A stretch of 64,000 bases of DNA, from assembly GCA_041650255.1 (NCBI GenBank), contig JBAZLL010000003.1, positions 64,801-128,800 of the forward strand, given 5' to 3'. The notes below the pieces were generated by a model. The model was given only the letters and a program-made list of their open reading frames with translations, made no database searches and was not told where the DNA came from. Below, one piece after another: positions 1 to 7,267 of this stretch; positions within the stretch are counted from its first letter, which is position 1, and each line of letters opens with the position of its first letter. The DNA comes from Candidatus Micrarchaeia archaeon. Its GTDB lineage: Archaea > Micrarchaeota > Micrarchaeia > Anstonellales > Anstonellaceae. A program made the position numbers and the translations under genes.

Positions 1-556
1 GGCAAAATATCGGGATATTATTTTTTGCGCACCAATACACAATGGACTTTTCATCCTTTATCTCAAGCCCCAAATCATGTATTATCTCATTGGGCGCAAG
101 CATCCTTCCCTTTTCCTTTTGCTTCTCAAATTCTTTTTCAAAAAAAGGCATAAGCAATTTTTCCAATTTTATATAGCTTGCATTATTGATGATAATATTT
201 CCAACGCGGTTCTTTCCCAACTTGTGCAATCTAATGTCGTCCTCTTCAAAAGAGGCAATTTCAAATGATGAAAACGATTTCATCACGTCTTCCTCAACCG
301 AGCCAATCGCGGTTATAATCGCATCCACTTTTTTCTCCTTGCAAAGCTGGGCAAAAATTTCTCTCATCCCACAGCTCACCATGTTTGTTGTAAATGCCAA
401 AAACACTTTCGCATCGCTCTTGTTAATCTCCTTCAAAAGCAATGCCGCCTTTCCAACTTCGGTTGCCTGCAAGCCCGCATTTTCCATCTGCTCAAGCAGT
501 TGTGAAACCTTCATGTCCGGCTTAATGCAAAATCCTTCAACTTTTTTCGCGCTCAT
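1..556 (-). CDS. dys: Deoxyhypusine synthase. The C-terminus is cut by the window edge, so there is no stop codon and it is absent from the ORF track.
   Basis: Reverse-strand translation from the ATG at comp. 554-556 reads MSAKKVEGFCIKPDMKVSQLLEQMENAGLQATEVGKAALLLKEINKSDAKVFLAFTTNMVSCGMREIFAQLCKEKKVDAIITAIGSVEEDVMKS...HKLGKNRVGNIIINN. This matches conserved DHS blocks (FLxFTSNxVSxGxRE, TTAGxVEEDxxK, NRxGN). Confidence 0.8.
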   Translation of the reverse strand, partial: MSAKKVEGFCIKPDMKVSQLLEQMENAGLQATEVGKAALLLKEINKSDAKVFLAFTTNMVSCGMREIFAQLCKEKKVDAIITAIGSVEEDVMKSFSSFEIASFEEDDIRLHKLGKNRVGNIIINNASYIKLEKLLMPFFEKEFEKQKEKGRMLAPNEIIHDLGLEIKDEKSIVYWCAKNNIPIFC

Positions 557-648
557 AATTAATCACTAAAAAACAAGATTTAAATAGACTCGTGCGAGCC
601 AAATTTCATCCGACCGATTTTTACTGCCTTCAGACATTGCCAAAATCC

Positions 649-1548
649 TTATGCCCTGCCTGCGCGCGGCAGGGAAACGGATATCTCATCGCCGCCGACC
701 GATAGCTTTTGCCTCATGTTTTTGGACTCAATATATTGTCTTTGAAGGCTCTCAAACTCTTCCGATTCTTGCGGGTTCATCGGGTCTGCCTGGCTTTTGG
801 TAATGAGAACTTGTATTCTTCTGGATACTTGCCCCAACTTTTTTTCGTTTTCTTCCCACCCGGGCTCGTCTTCTTTTTTTATCCAAAAGCTTTTGGGGGT
901 GTTTCCGGCACCCATAATTTTCTTCTCAATCTGATTATCCCATCCTAAAACGTCTGTAATTTCAGATTTTTTTTTATCAAGCGTGAGTGTATCCCCGCAA
1001 ATGTATGCAAATACGCCGAGCCTGCCCATCGAGCTCACAATGTCTTGTCTTTGCTCCTGCTTTAATGAGCTGATATTTACAAGCTCGTTGGAGCCGGACT
1101 CAATTACCACTCTCAAATTCTCGGCTTCTTTTCTGGGCAGGCTGTTAAGTATAATCGTAAGTCTTGCAATCTGCTCTCGGCTCTCAAAATTTGCCTTTGT
1201 ATATGCCGCCCTCTTTTTTAGCAAATCATAAGTCGGCCCGCTCTTTGTCTTCATGGCCTCGTCAAGCTCGGTCTTTGAATGCTGTGCAATCTCGGCGCTC
1301 AATGAATTAATTTCCGCGCGATGCGGCACAATCGTTATTATATCTACGTTTTTGAGCTTCTGCTCAATCGGTCGCAGAACGATGTCAATCTCAGAAAGCT
1401 GTTTTGAAATCGCGCTCACATGCTCGTCAACTTCGCTCGCGCCCTTTCTAATCAGAAATTCCTTCCTAAATCCGGCTTCCACTTTTTTTCGGCTAAGAGA
1501 AGCGTGTTCCACCAAATCCGAGCTTGTAATCACTATTGAATCTTCCAC
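649..1548 (-). CDS. Hypothetical protein of about 299 aa, probably coiled-coil, with no recognised domain.
   Basis: Long ORF 649..1713. I prefer the in-frame GTG at comp. 1546-1548 because a TATA-like TTTATATTTTAT lies about 25 nt upstream and the upstream extension looks like noncoding read-through. The sequence is rich in E, K, Q and L heptad-like segments. Confidence 0.5.
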   Translation of the reverse strand: MEDSIVITSSDLVEHASLSRKKVEAGFRKEFLIRKGASEVDEHVSAISKQLSEIDIVLRPIEQKLKNVDIITIVPHRAEINSLSAEIAQHSKTELDEAMKTKSGPTYDLLKKRAAYTKANFESREQIARLTIILNSLPRKEAENLRVVIESGSNELVNISSLKQEQRQDIVSSMGRLGVFAYICGDTLTLDKKKSEITDVLGWDNQIEKKIMGAGNTPKSFWIKKEDEPGWEENEKKLGQVSRRIQVLITKSQADPMNPQESEEFESLQRQYIESKNMRQKLSVGGDEISVSLPRAGRA

Positions 1549-1796
1549 GCAAGTTAAAGGTAGATAAAATATAAAAGGGGCAATGATGATTTTTTTCAAA
1601 AAATATTTTAAGAAGTGAAAATGAATCCGGGAATCTCTTCCCAGATTTATTTTGACCTTCGGGACCGGGCAATCAACAAGATGGTGTGGGAGGTGAAGTA
1701 CCCAGCCCTTCATAGGTCAAAAATATAAATTCGGCGCCTGTGCCTAGCAGGCACCGATTAATTCTGTCGCCTTGCCGATGATATTGCAAGCATGAT

Positions 1797-2246
1797 TCAT
1801 TTTATTTTATAATACACCTTTCTTCCCGCCTGTTGTTTCTCAAGCACTCCCAGACTCGCAAGCCTGTTCAATCGTGCCGAGGCGGCATTTGTTCCCTTAT
1901 ACTTAAAGTGCGCCTGTACGTCTGTCGCGCACACCACGCCCTTTGTACGTATAATATTCACTATCTGTTCGTCCGCCGGCGCGAGCAACATTTCGCCCCG
2001 CGCAAGCATTACTGATGCCGGGCCTTGGGTTCCGCTCACGCTTACCCCGCCAAATGCAGTCATCACCCCTGAGTCCTGCTTTGGCGCCGCCCAAATATCT
2101 GCTGTCTTGGATTCGCTTGCACCACTTGAGAGTCTGCCTTCAACCATATCTAGCCTGTTTTCCATTCTCTCCATCTGAATTTGAAGCTCTTTCATCATTG
2201 AAGCTAGCTCAACGGTCGCCTTTGCTAGTTCAATTCTTTCAGCCAT
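1797..2246 (-). CDS. Putative DNA-binding protein with an N-terminal coiled coil and a C-terminal winged helix-turn-helix.
   Basis: The C-terminus (IVNIIRTKGVVCATDVQAHFKYKGTNAASARLNRLASLGVLEKQQAGRKVYYKI) has the typical wHTH layout, ending in the beta-wing K-VYY-I. The N-terminus (ELQIQMERMENRLDMVEGRL) is coiled-coil-like. Confidence 0.55.
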   Translation of the reverse strand: MAERIELAKATVELASMMKELQIQMERMENRLDMVEGRLSSGASESKTADIWAAPKQDSGVMTAFGGVSVSGTQGPASVMLARGEMLLAPADEQIVNIIRTKGVVCATDVQAHFKYKGTNAASARLNRLASLGVLEKQQAGRKVYYKIK

Positions 2247-2283
2247 TTTGATACCTTTTTATATTTTGAATTCCTTGAGCCCA

Positions 2284-2334
2284 TCATGATGGAATCACAA
2301 TATGCTCATGACTATATCATGACATTGTCATGAC
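2284..2334. promoter_or_regulatory. Four TCATGA(C) boxes phased at multiples of 11 bp upstream of the wHTH gene. Candidate operator array.
   Basis: TCATGA begins at 2284, 2306, 2317 and 2328, giving spacings of 22, 11 and 11 bp. The core is a 6-bp palindrome. The boxes lie 38-90 bp upstream of the ATG at comp. 2246. Confidence 0.4.
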
Positions 2335-2480
2335 CTCCTTTTTAATACTTTCTCCTCTCCGACGTAAAAAAAATCAGATTTTTAATACGCTTTGAACTAT
2401 AAATTACCATAATTCGCAAGCAAATATATACAAAAATTCAAAAAATAGATAAAAAAGGAGGCACAGGTTTATCGGGATCA

Positions 2481-2957
2481 CTATTTTTTCTTTATTCTTC
2501 CCAGCAGTTTAGGTGCAATGCAATATCCCCCTAGGACGCTAAGCATACTTACGAATGAATAAAATAGTCCAAGCAGAATAGTCGAAATCAAGATTATACT
2601 TGGTGTTTCAAACGAAATCAGAGCAAATATAGAAATCACTGCAAATATACTGTTTAATAAAAAAATACCTCCAGAAAGCTTTATTGCAAATTTCTCATCT
2701 CCTCCTTTGAGCACTCTTTCTGAGATTATATATGCTACCACTCCTGACAATACAGCCCCAAATGTTAAACAAAGTGATGTGAATAATACGGACTCTGCGC
2801 TAATTGTTTCTGTGCAGGAATAAGAGTCAGACTCGGATATACAAAATACTACAGAAGGAACTCCTAAAACTATAATACTGATAATAGATATTGCGAGAAT
2901 AATGATTGTGATAATAGAATAGCTTGCAATTGACAAAATATACTCTTTCCATCTCAT
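2481..2957 (-). CDS. Small integral membrane protein with about 4 TM helices. Function unknown.
   Basis: 158-aa ORF consisting almost entirely of hydrophobic helices (IASYSIITIIILAISIISIIVLGV..., LFTSLCLTFGAVLSGVVAYII..., IFLLNSIFAVISIFALISF..., LISTILLGLFYSFVSMLSVLGG). Confidence 0.6.
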   Translation of the reverse strand: MRWKEYILSIASYSIITIIILAISIISIIVLGVPSVVFCISESDSYSCTETISAESVLFTSLCLTFGAVLSGVVAYIISERVLKGGDEKFAIKLSGGIFLLNSIFAVISIFALISFETPSIILISTILLGLFYSFVSMLSVLGGYCIAPKLLGRIKKK

Positions 2958-2973
2958 ACAATCACACTCTCGT

Positions 2974-3522
2974 TTATGTGCACTCTTCTTTTTGCACTTC
3001 TCGATACTTCGTTACTGTATTACAAACTTGCTGATATTTTATCACATCTTTGCAAACTTGTTTTGTAGGTATGCTTGTTTCGTAACAGTAGCATGTAGAA
3101 CCTGATGCCTTTACTCTGTACTCAAAAGTATGTGATTGAAGAGGGTAGATATATGCTGTCTGTTCTTCTCCGTTTTTCTGTCCATTAATATCTACTCCTG
3201 CATATGCATTGAAACTTCCGGCTTCATCGTCCAGATTTGCAATAGAGCAAGAACTTACTATCCAATCCCCTATCAGTCCTTCATGGTTACAAATTATTTC
3301 TCCTTTTGTATATTTCAAATTTACTTGAGAACATTCGGTGTCGGTGTAAGGAACAGTATCGCATTCCTGATCATAATATGGCTCTTGAATCGTTTTTGTA
3401 GTGCATTTAGGCGTCTGAGTGGTTGTTGGTTGGGTTTCTGTCGTTTGCTTTGAAGCAAGACAGCCAAAAGAAAGTAAAAATATACCTACTATGAATAGAG
3501 AAATAATTGTTTTCATTGACAA
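2974..3522 (-). CDS. Secreted or lipobox-type Cys-rich protein. Function unknown.
   Basis: The N-terminus MKTIISLFIVGIFLLSFGC is a signal peptide with a lipobox-like SFGC. A T/Q/P linker (TTETQPTTTQTP) follows. The mature part contains many Cys residues. Confidence 0.6.
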   Translation of the reverse strand: MSMKTIISLFIVGIFLLSFGCLASKQTTETQPTTTQTPKCTTKTIQEPYYDQECDTVPYTDTECSQVNLKYTKGEIICNHEGLIGDWIVSSCSIANLDDEAGSFNAYAGVDINGQKNGEEQTAYIYPLQSHTFEYRVKASGSTCYCYETSIPTKQVCKDVIKYQQVCNTVTKYREVQKEECT

Positions 3523-3746
3523 ACCTCCTTGTAACCGTCAAGACATCTACAAGTATCACAATCACCTGTTAGCGAGGTATGGATACATTCACAACCCGTT
3601 GTTTGTTGGCAGTGATATTGATTTACTGTTTTATATTGCGGAACCTGTTGGCAATTTTTTCCTAATTTTTGTACTTCGCTAATACATCCTGCGCTCAGGA
3701 TAATAAGTGTCAATATTCCTAAAATCAACAATTTCATGTCATACAC
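3513..3746 (-). CDS. Small secreted or lipobox-type Cys-rich protein of 77 aa.
   Basis: The N-terminus MKLLILGILTLIILSAGC has a lipobox-like SAGC. There are about 10 Cys in roughly 55 mature residues. The gene overlaps the downstream gene by 10 bp, which suggests an operon. Confidence 0.5.
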   Translation of the reverse strand: MYDMKLLILGILTLIILSAGCISEVQKLGKNCQQVPQYKTVNQYHCQQTTGCECIHTSLTGDCDTCRCLDGYKEVCQ

Positions 3747-3836
3747 CCAGAAGTCTTTATACTATATTATTTTAATAGCTTACTATTAATTCATTTCTAA
3801 TAATATAATTTGAATGCCTTCTGCTTTATCCGTTTT

Positions 3837-4097
3837 ATGGTTGATTTAAGGCTGTTAAGACTCTTGAGCAACAAATCAGTTCTTGATGTTCTGGCGCAAA
3901 TCTCATTAAAAGAAAGCCGTTTCAAGGAACTCTCAGTCATTTCAAATGAACGAATGCGTTCAATAAGGTTAGCCGAGCTTGAGGAATTCAAACTCATAGA
4001 AAGAGTTGGCAGAAAACTGAATGGAAAAATAATCTCTTTTTATAAGATAACTGAGAATGGAAAAATGGTTTTGAAAGCGGTCGAACCTTTGAAATGA
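3837..4097 (+). CDS. Small winged-HTH DNA-binding protein.
   Basis: MVDLRLLRLLSNKSVLDVLAQISLKESRFKELSVISNERMRSIRLAELEEFKLIERVGRKLNGKIISFYKITENG has a wHTH pattern. I prefer the ATG at 3837 because TAATAATATAAT lies about 30 nt upstream. The ORF-track start is a TTG at 3810. Confidence 0.55.
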   Translation: MVDLRLLRLLSNKSVLDVLAQISLKESRFKELSVISNERMRSIRLAELEEFKLIERVGRKLNGKIISFYKITENGKMVLKAVEPLK

Positions 4098-4246
4098 AAT
4101 TCTATTGATTGTTAAGATTTACTTGGGCTTCATTTTTCTCCTTCCTATGTAAAGCCTTTTTTATACATGCAAAAATATCTTATACAACAAGCAACGGAAA
4201 ACTCCCCTACCAAAGTCTAAAAATAAGCCCCTCCAATCTCTTTTCT

Positions 4247-4885
4247 ATGCCCGAAAAAGCGATAATAGTCGTAGATATACGCGAGCCAGACGAGCACATT
4301 TCTTTTTTGCGCGCTCTAAATATCGACGTGCAAATTCAAACCCTCTCCGTCGGCGATTTTATTCTATCTGAAAGAGTGGCAGCCGAGAGAAAAACCAGAG
4401 CCGACTTCCAAGCAAGCGTTATAGACGGGCGGCTCTTTGAGCAAATGAAACGCCTCACCCAAGCTTATCCTCGTGTGGTTCTAATTGTAGAAGGCACCTC
4501 AAACGAGCAACGCCTAAGCCGGCCCGCCCTCTTAGGTGCCTATTCATCTCTAATAGCAGAATACGGAGTCTCGCTCTTTTTTTGCCACGACGCAAAAGCA
4601 ACAGCCGAAATTCTTGCAAGCATGGCAAAATACGAACAAATATCAAAAAAATGTGCCCTTAGAATAAATGCAAAACAAAAAGCCAACACTCCTGCACAGG
4701 AGCAATTGGCGCTAATAGAGGCTCTGCCAAAAACCGGTCCCGCGCTTGCAAAAAACATGCTTTTGCACTTCAAAACGCCCATGAACATATTCAACGCAAC
4801 ACAAAAAGAGCTAGAAGAAGTGGGTTTAATTGGTGCAAAGAGGGCAAAGCTTATTAGAAACCTCTTAGATAGTGTATATAAATAA
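4247..4885 (+). CDS. Short archaeal XPF/ERCC4-family structure-specific nuclease with a C-terminal (HhH)2 domain.
   Basis: The ERCC4 signature is VGDFILSERVAAERKTRADF (GDxn-ERKxxxD). The HhH repeats are LIEALPKTGPALAKNML and LEEVGLIGAKRAKLIRNLL. I prefer the ATG at 4247 (MPEKAIIVVDIRE). Confidence 0.8.
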   Translation: MPEKAIIVVDIREPDEHISFLRALNIDVQIQTLSVGDFILSERVAAERKTRADFQASVIDGRLFEQMKRLTQAYPRVVLIVEGTSNEQRLSRPALLGAYSSLIAEYGVSLFFCHDAKATAEILASMAKYEQISKKCALRINAKQKANTPAQEQLALIEALPKTGPALAKNMLLHFKTPMNIFNATQKELEEVGLIGAKRAKLIRNLLDSVYK

Positions 4886-5150
4886 AAAAATAAGTAAAAA
4901 TTACATTAAGTTAATATATGTTGCACCTAAAAGTGGGCAATGTGATGTACAAACGGCGTTGCATCGCCTGTATTTGTGCTCAAAATGGAGGATAAGGTTG
5001 TAAATGTTATAAAAGTCTGGTTAAATGAACACAGAACCAAAACAACAATCAACGTAAGCTCTCTCGTAGGAGCGTTTTAGAAAAAGTCATATTAACAATT
5101 CAGCACCGTTTGCAAATATCAAAAAATGGATAAAGGAGGCACAGAAGGAG

Positions 5151-5522
5151 ATGGCATCATCAAAGAAAAAAGGTGCAGTTAAAAAATCAAAGGCACCCGC
5201 TCCCAAAAAGTCTAAGGTCGCAAAGGCTAAACCGCACAAATCTGCGCCAAAAAGCTCTGTATCCGAGCCAATGCCGCTAAGGCGGGTTTCACAAAGTGTG
5301 CAGGCATCTCTGAACGAGATTAAGAGCGAGCTAAACCTTGCTCCGGCATACGCCCCTCAAGAAGTAGGTGCAAAAAAACCTCCAATGGTATTGGACAAAG
5401 TGTACTTGCAGTCCATGTCCTTTGAAATGGCTTCAATGCGCCAGGCACTTGATAGAATCGGGCGACAGCTTGACAAGCTTGAAAGAGAGCTTTCCGCGCA
5501 CAGGCAGGCCGGCGACGAATAA
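5151..5522 (+). CDS. Hypothetical protein with a Lys/Ala/Pro-rich basic N-terminus and a C-terminal coiled coil.
   Basis: The N-terminus is MASSKKKGAVKKSKAPAPKKSKVAKAKPHKSAPK. The C-terminus is MRQALDRIGRQLDKLERELSAHRQ. GGAGG lies 7-11 nt upstream of the ATG. Confidence 0.5.
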   Translation: MASSKKKGAVKKSKAPAPKKSKVAKAKPHKSAPKSSVSEPMPLRRVSQSVQASLNEIKSELNLAPAYAPQEVGAKKPPMVLDKVYLQSMSFEMASMRQALDRIGRQLDKLERELSAHRQAGDE

Positions 5523-5700
5523 ATTTCTTTTTTATTATTATTCTAATTTTTCTTCCCCAGTTTTTCTTCAAACCTTTTCTTTCAACCTCTTTCTTCAAGC
5601 CCTTTCTTCTTTCAACATTTTCATCCAACTCTTCTTTCAACTTTTTCTTTTACATTACTTTTCGCTTTTTCTTTTCTTGCTTTCTCCTCATTCAATCTTT
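5523..5700 (+). terminator. Pyrimidine-biased (C/T-rich) tract of about 180 bp with multiple oligo-T runs. Probable archaeal terminator region.
   Basis: The tract starts right after the stop at 5522 and consists of T-runs and CTTTC-type motifs almost free of purines. Similar tracts follow other plus-strand genes (24205-24260, 29750-29870). Confidence 0.35.
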
Positions 5701-5740
5701 CTGTGTTCCCTATAAAAATTTCAGCTCTCTTACACAAGCA

Positions 5741-6757
5741 ATGGACAAAAATTTGTGCATGCGCCTAAACAACACCCTTTACGGGCTGGACGTGCTCGGC
5801 GGCGAAATAAACTATATTTCGCACGCGCACACGGACCACTCCTATGCCCTAAAAGCAAAAGCGCCGATTTTTTGCTCGGACATAACCTCGCAAATTCTGG
5901 GCATTGAATATAATGAAAATGAAAAAATAAAAGAAAAAACCGAACACTTGGAATCAAACTCAAAAAAACAAAAATCCGCCCCGGTCCGAATCCCCATTCC
6001 AAAAAATTTCAAATTCGCCGATGCAGGGCACATTTTGGGCTCAACACAGCTTGAGGCGCAAACCGACGAATTTGGCAAGCTTGTATATACCGGCGACTTC
6101 AAATTGCGCGACGGGCTAACGCTAAAATCCGCAAAAGTGCTTGAGTGCGACACTCTCATTTGTGAATGCACTTACGGCACTCCCGAAGCAAAATTTCCAA
6201 AACCTGAGGAAGTTTATGAAAATATGCAAAAATGGAGCAAACAAAATTCAAATTCAATACAGCTTTGGGGCGGCTATTCCACAGGAAAGGCGCAAGAGCT
6301 CATAAAATTTCTAAATGATTACACAAATACAACTCCAATCGTCCCGCCGCAAATATCTCAAATTTGCGCCCATTACAAGCGCAATGGCGTAAAGCTTGAA
6401 TGGCTGGATTCCACTTCATCAGAAGCGCAAGAGCAGATGCGCTGTGCATTCTGCGCGGTCTTTCCACCGCACCAGCTAAACAAAAAATTTGCATGGCAAA
6501 TCGCATCCGCGCACAAACGCACCACAAAAGTCGCAGTTGCAACGGGCTGGACCGGCTTTAGAAAAATTTCTGCCGATGCGAGTTTTCCTCTTTCGGATCA
6601 TGCCGACTTTGGCGAAATTTACGACTATGCCCTTTCAAGCAATGCAAAAAAAGTATTTCTCGTGCACGGAGAAAATACATATACTGCAAAAAAACTAAAA
6701 GAAAAAGGAATTAACGCGTTTGCAATCGACCAGATTCAAAAAGAAATCCGAGAATAA
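5741..6757 (+). CDS. MBL-fold beta-CASP nuclease of the small type, similar to ligase-associated exonuclease or mRNA 3'-end processing factor.
   Basis: MBL motifs: HAHTDH, DAGHILGS, YTGDFK. Beta-CASP motifs: ECTYG (A), LSDHAD (B), LVHGE (C). The TATA sequence CTATAAAAAT lies about 30 nt upstream of the ATG. Confidence 0.8.
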   Translation: MDKNLCMRLNNTLYGLDVLGGEINYISHAHTDHSYALKAKAPIFCSDITSQILGIEYNENEKIKEKTEHLESNSKKQKSAPVRIPIPKNFKFADAGHILGSTQLEAQTDEFGKLVYTGDFKLRDGLTLKSAKVLECDTLICECTYGTPEAKFPKPEEVYENMQKWSKQNSNSIQLWGGYSTGKAQELIKFLNDYTNTTPIVPPQISQICAHYKRNGVKLEWLDSTSSEAQEQMRCAFCAVFPPHQLNKKFAWQIASAHKRTTKVAVATGWTGFRKISADASFPLSDHADFGEIYDYALSSNAKKVFLVHGENTYTAKKLKEKGINAFAIDQIQKEIRE

Positions 6758-6868
6758 TTTGCGAATCAAAATCAGTCTGCGAAACAAAAACCAAAAAAAA
6801 AATTAGAATAAAATAACTAAAATAAAACAATTAAAATAAAATAACTAAAATAAAATAATTTTAGGCAT

Positions 6869-7183
6869 TTATCTTGGCTCTGCATCCGGGCAGAATTTTC
6901 TGAACGCCTCATAATGCATATCGTTTAGTCCTACTGCCATGTCATGCACTTGTCCAAGCTGGTCATACATCTTGAGTATCACGCTCACTTTTCCAAGCGG
7001 CAATTCCGAGACTTTTTCAATTTTTTTCACATAGCTAAACGGCGAGCGAATGAGCTTTCCATTGTATTTTACGACAATTCCGCCTTCGCATACATATATC
7101 GTCCCGTTTTGCTCAAATCCATCTTCATATATTGGATATGATTGAGAAACCATTCCAAAAATGCTGTCTTTCTGACTTGCCAT
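6869..7183 (-). CDS. Hypothetical small protein of about 104 aa.
   Basis: ORF 6869..7258. I prefer the internal ATG (MASQKDSIFG) because the longer form would leave only 9 bp for two divergent promoters. Confidence 0.4.
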   Translation of the reverse strand: MASQKDSIFGMVSQSYPIYEDGFEQNGTIYVCEGGIVVKYNGKLIRSPFSYVKKIEKVSELPLGKVSVILKMYDQLGQVHDMAVGLNDMHYEAFRKFCPDAEPR

Positions 7184-7267
7184 CAAAATCAACCCCTCAT
7201 AATCAGTAAAATATGCCAATTCACTTACAATCCTCAAATTTATATAGATTAAGCTCATCGCTTTAGC

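Noticed and set aside
186-569. 127-aa plus-strand ORF, together with 77..268, at the left edge of the window.
   Set aside because: The product is low-complexity and hydrophobic. It lies antisense to a much better reverse-strand reading frame that encodes deoxyhypusine synthase.
4940-5040. Possible C/D-box sRNA or other ncRNA in the 265-bp spacer before the 5151 gene. It has a GTGATGT C-box-like element and a bulged hairpin ACAAACGGCG...CGCCTGTATTTGT.
   Set aside because: There is no proper D box (CUGA) or C'/D' at the expected spacing. The hairpin is weak. Without covariation data this is not supportable.
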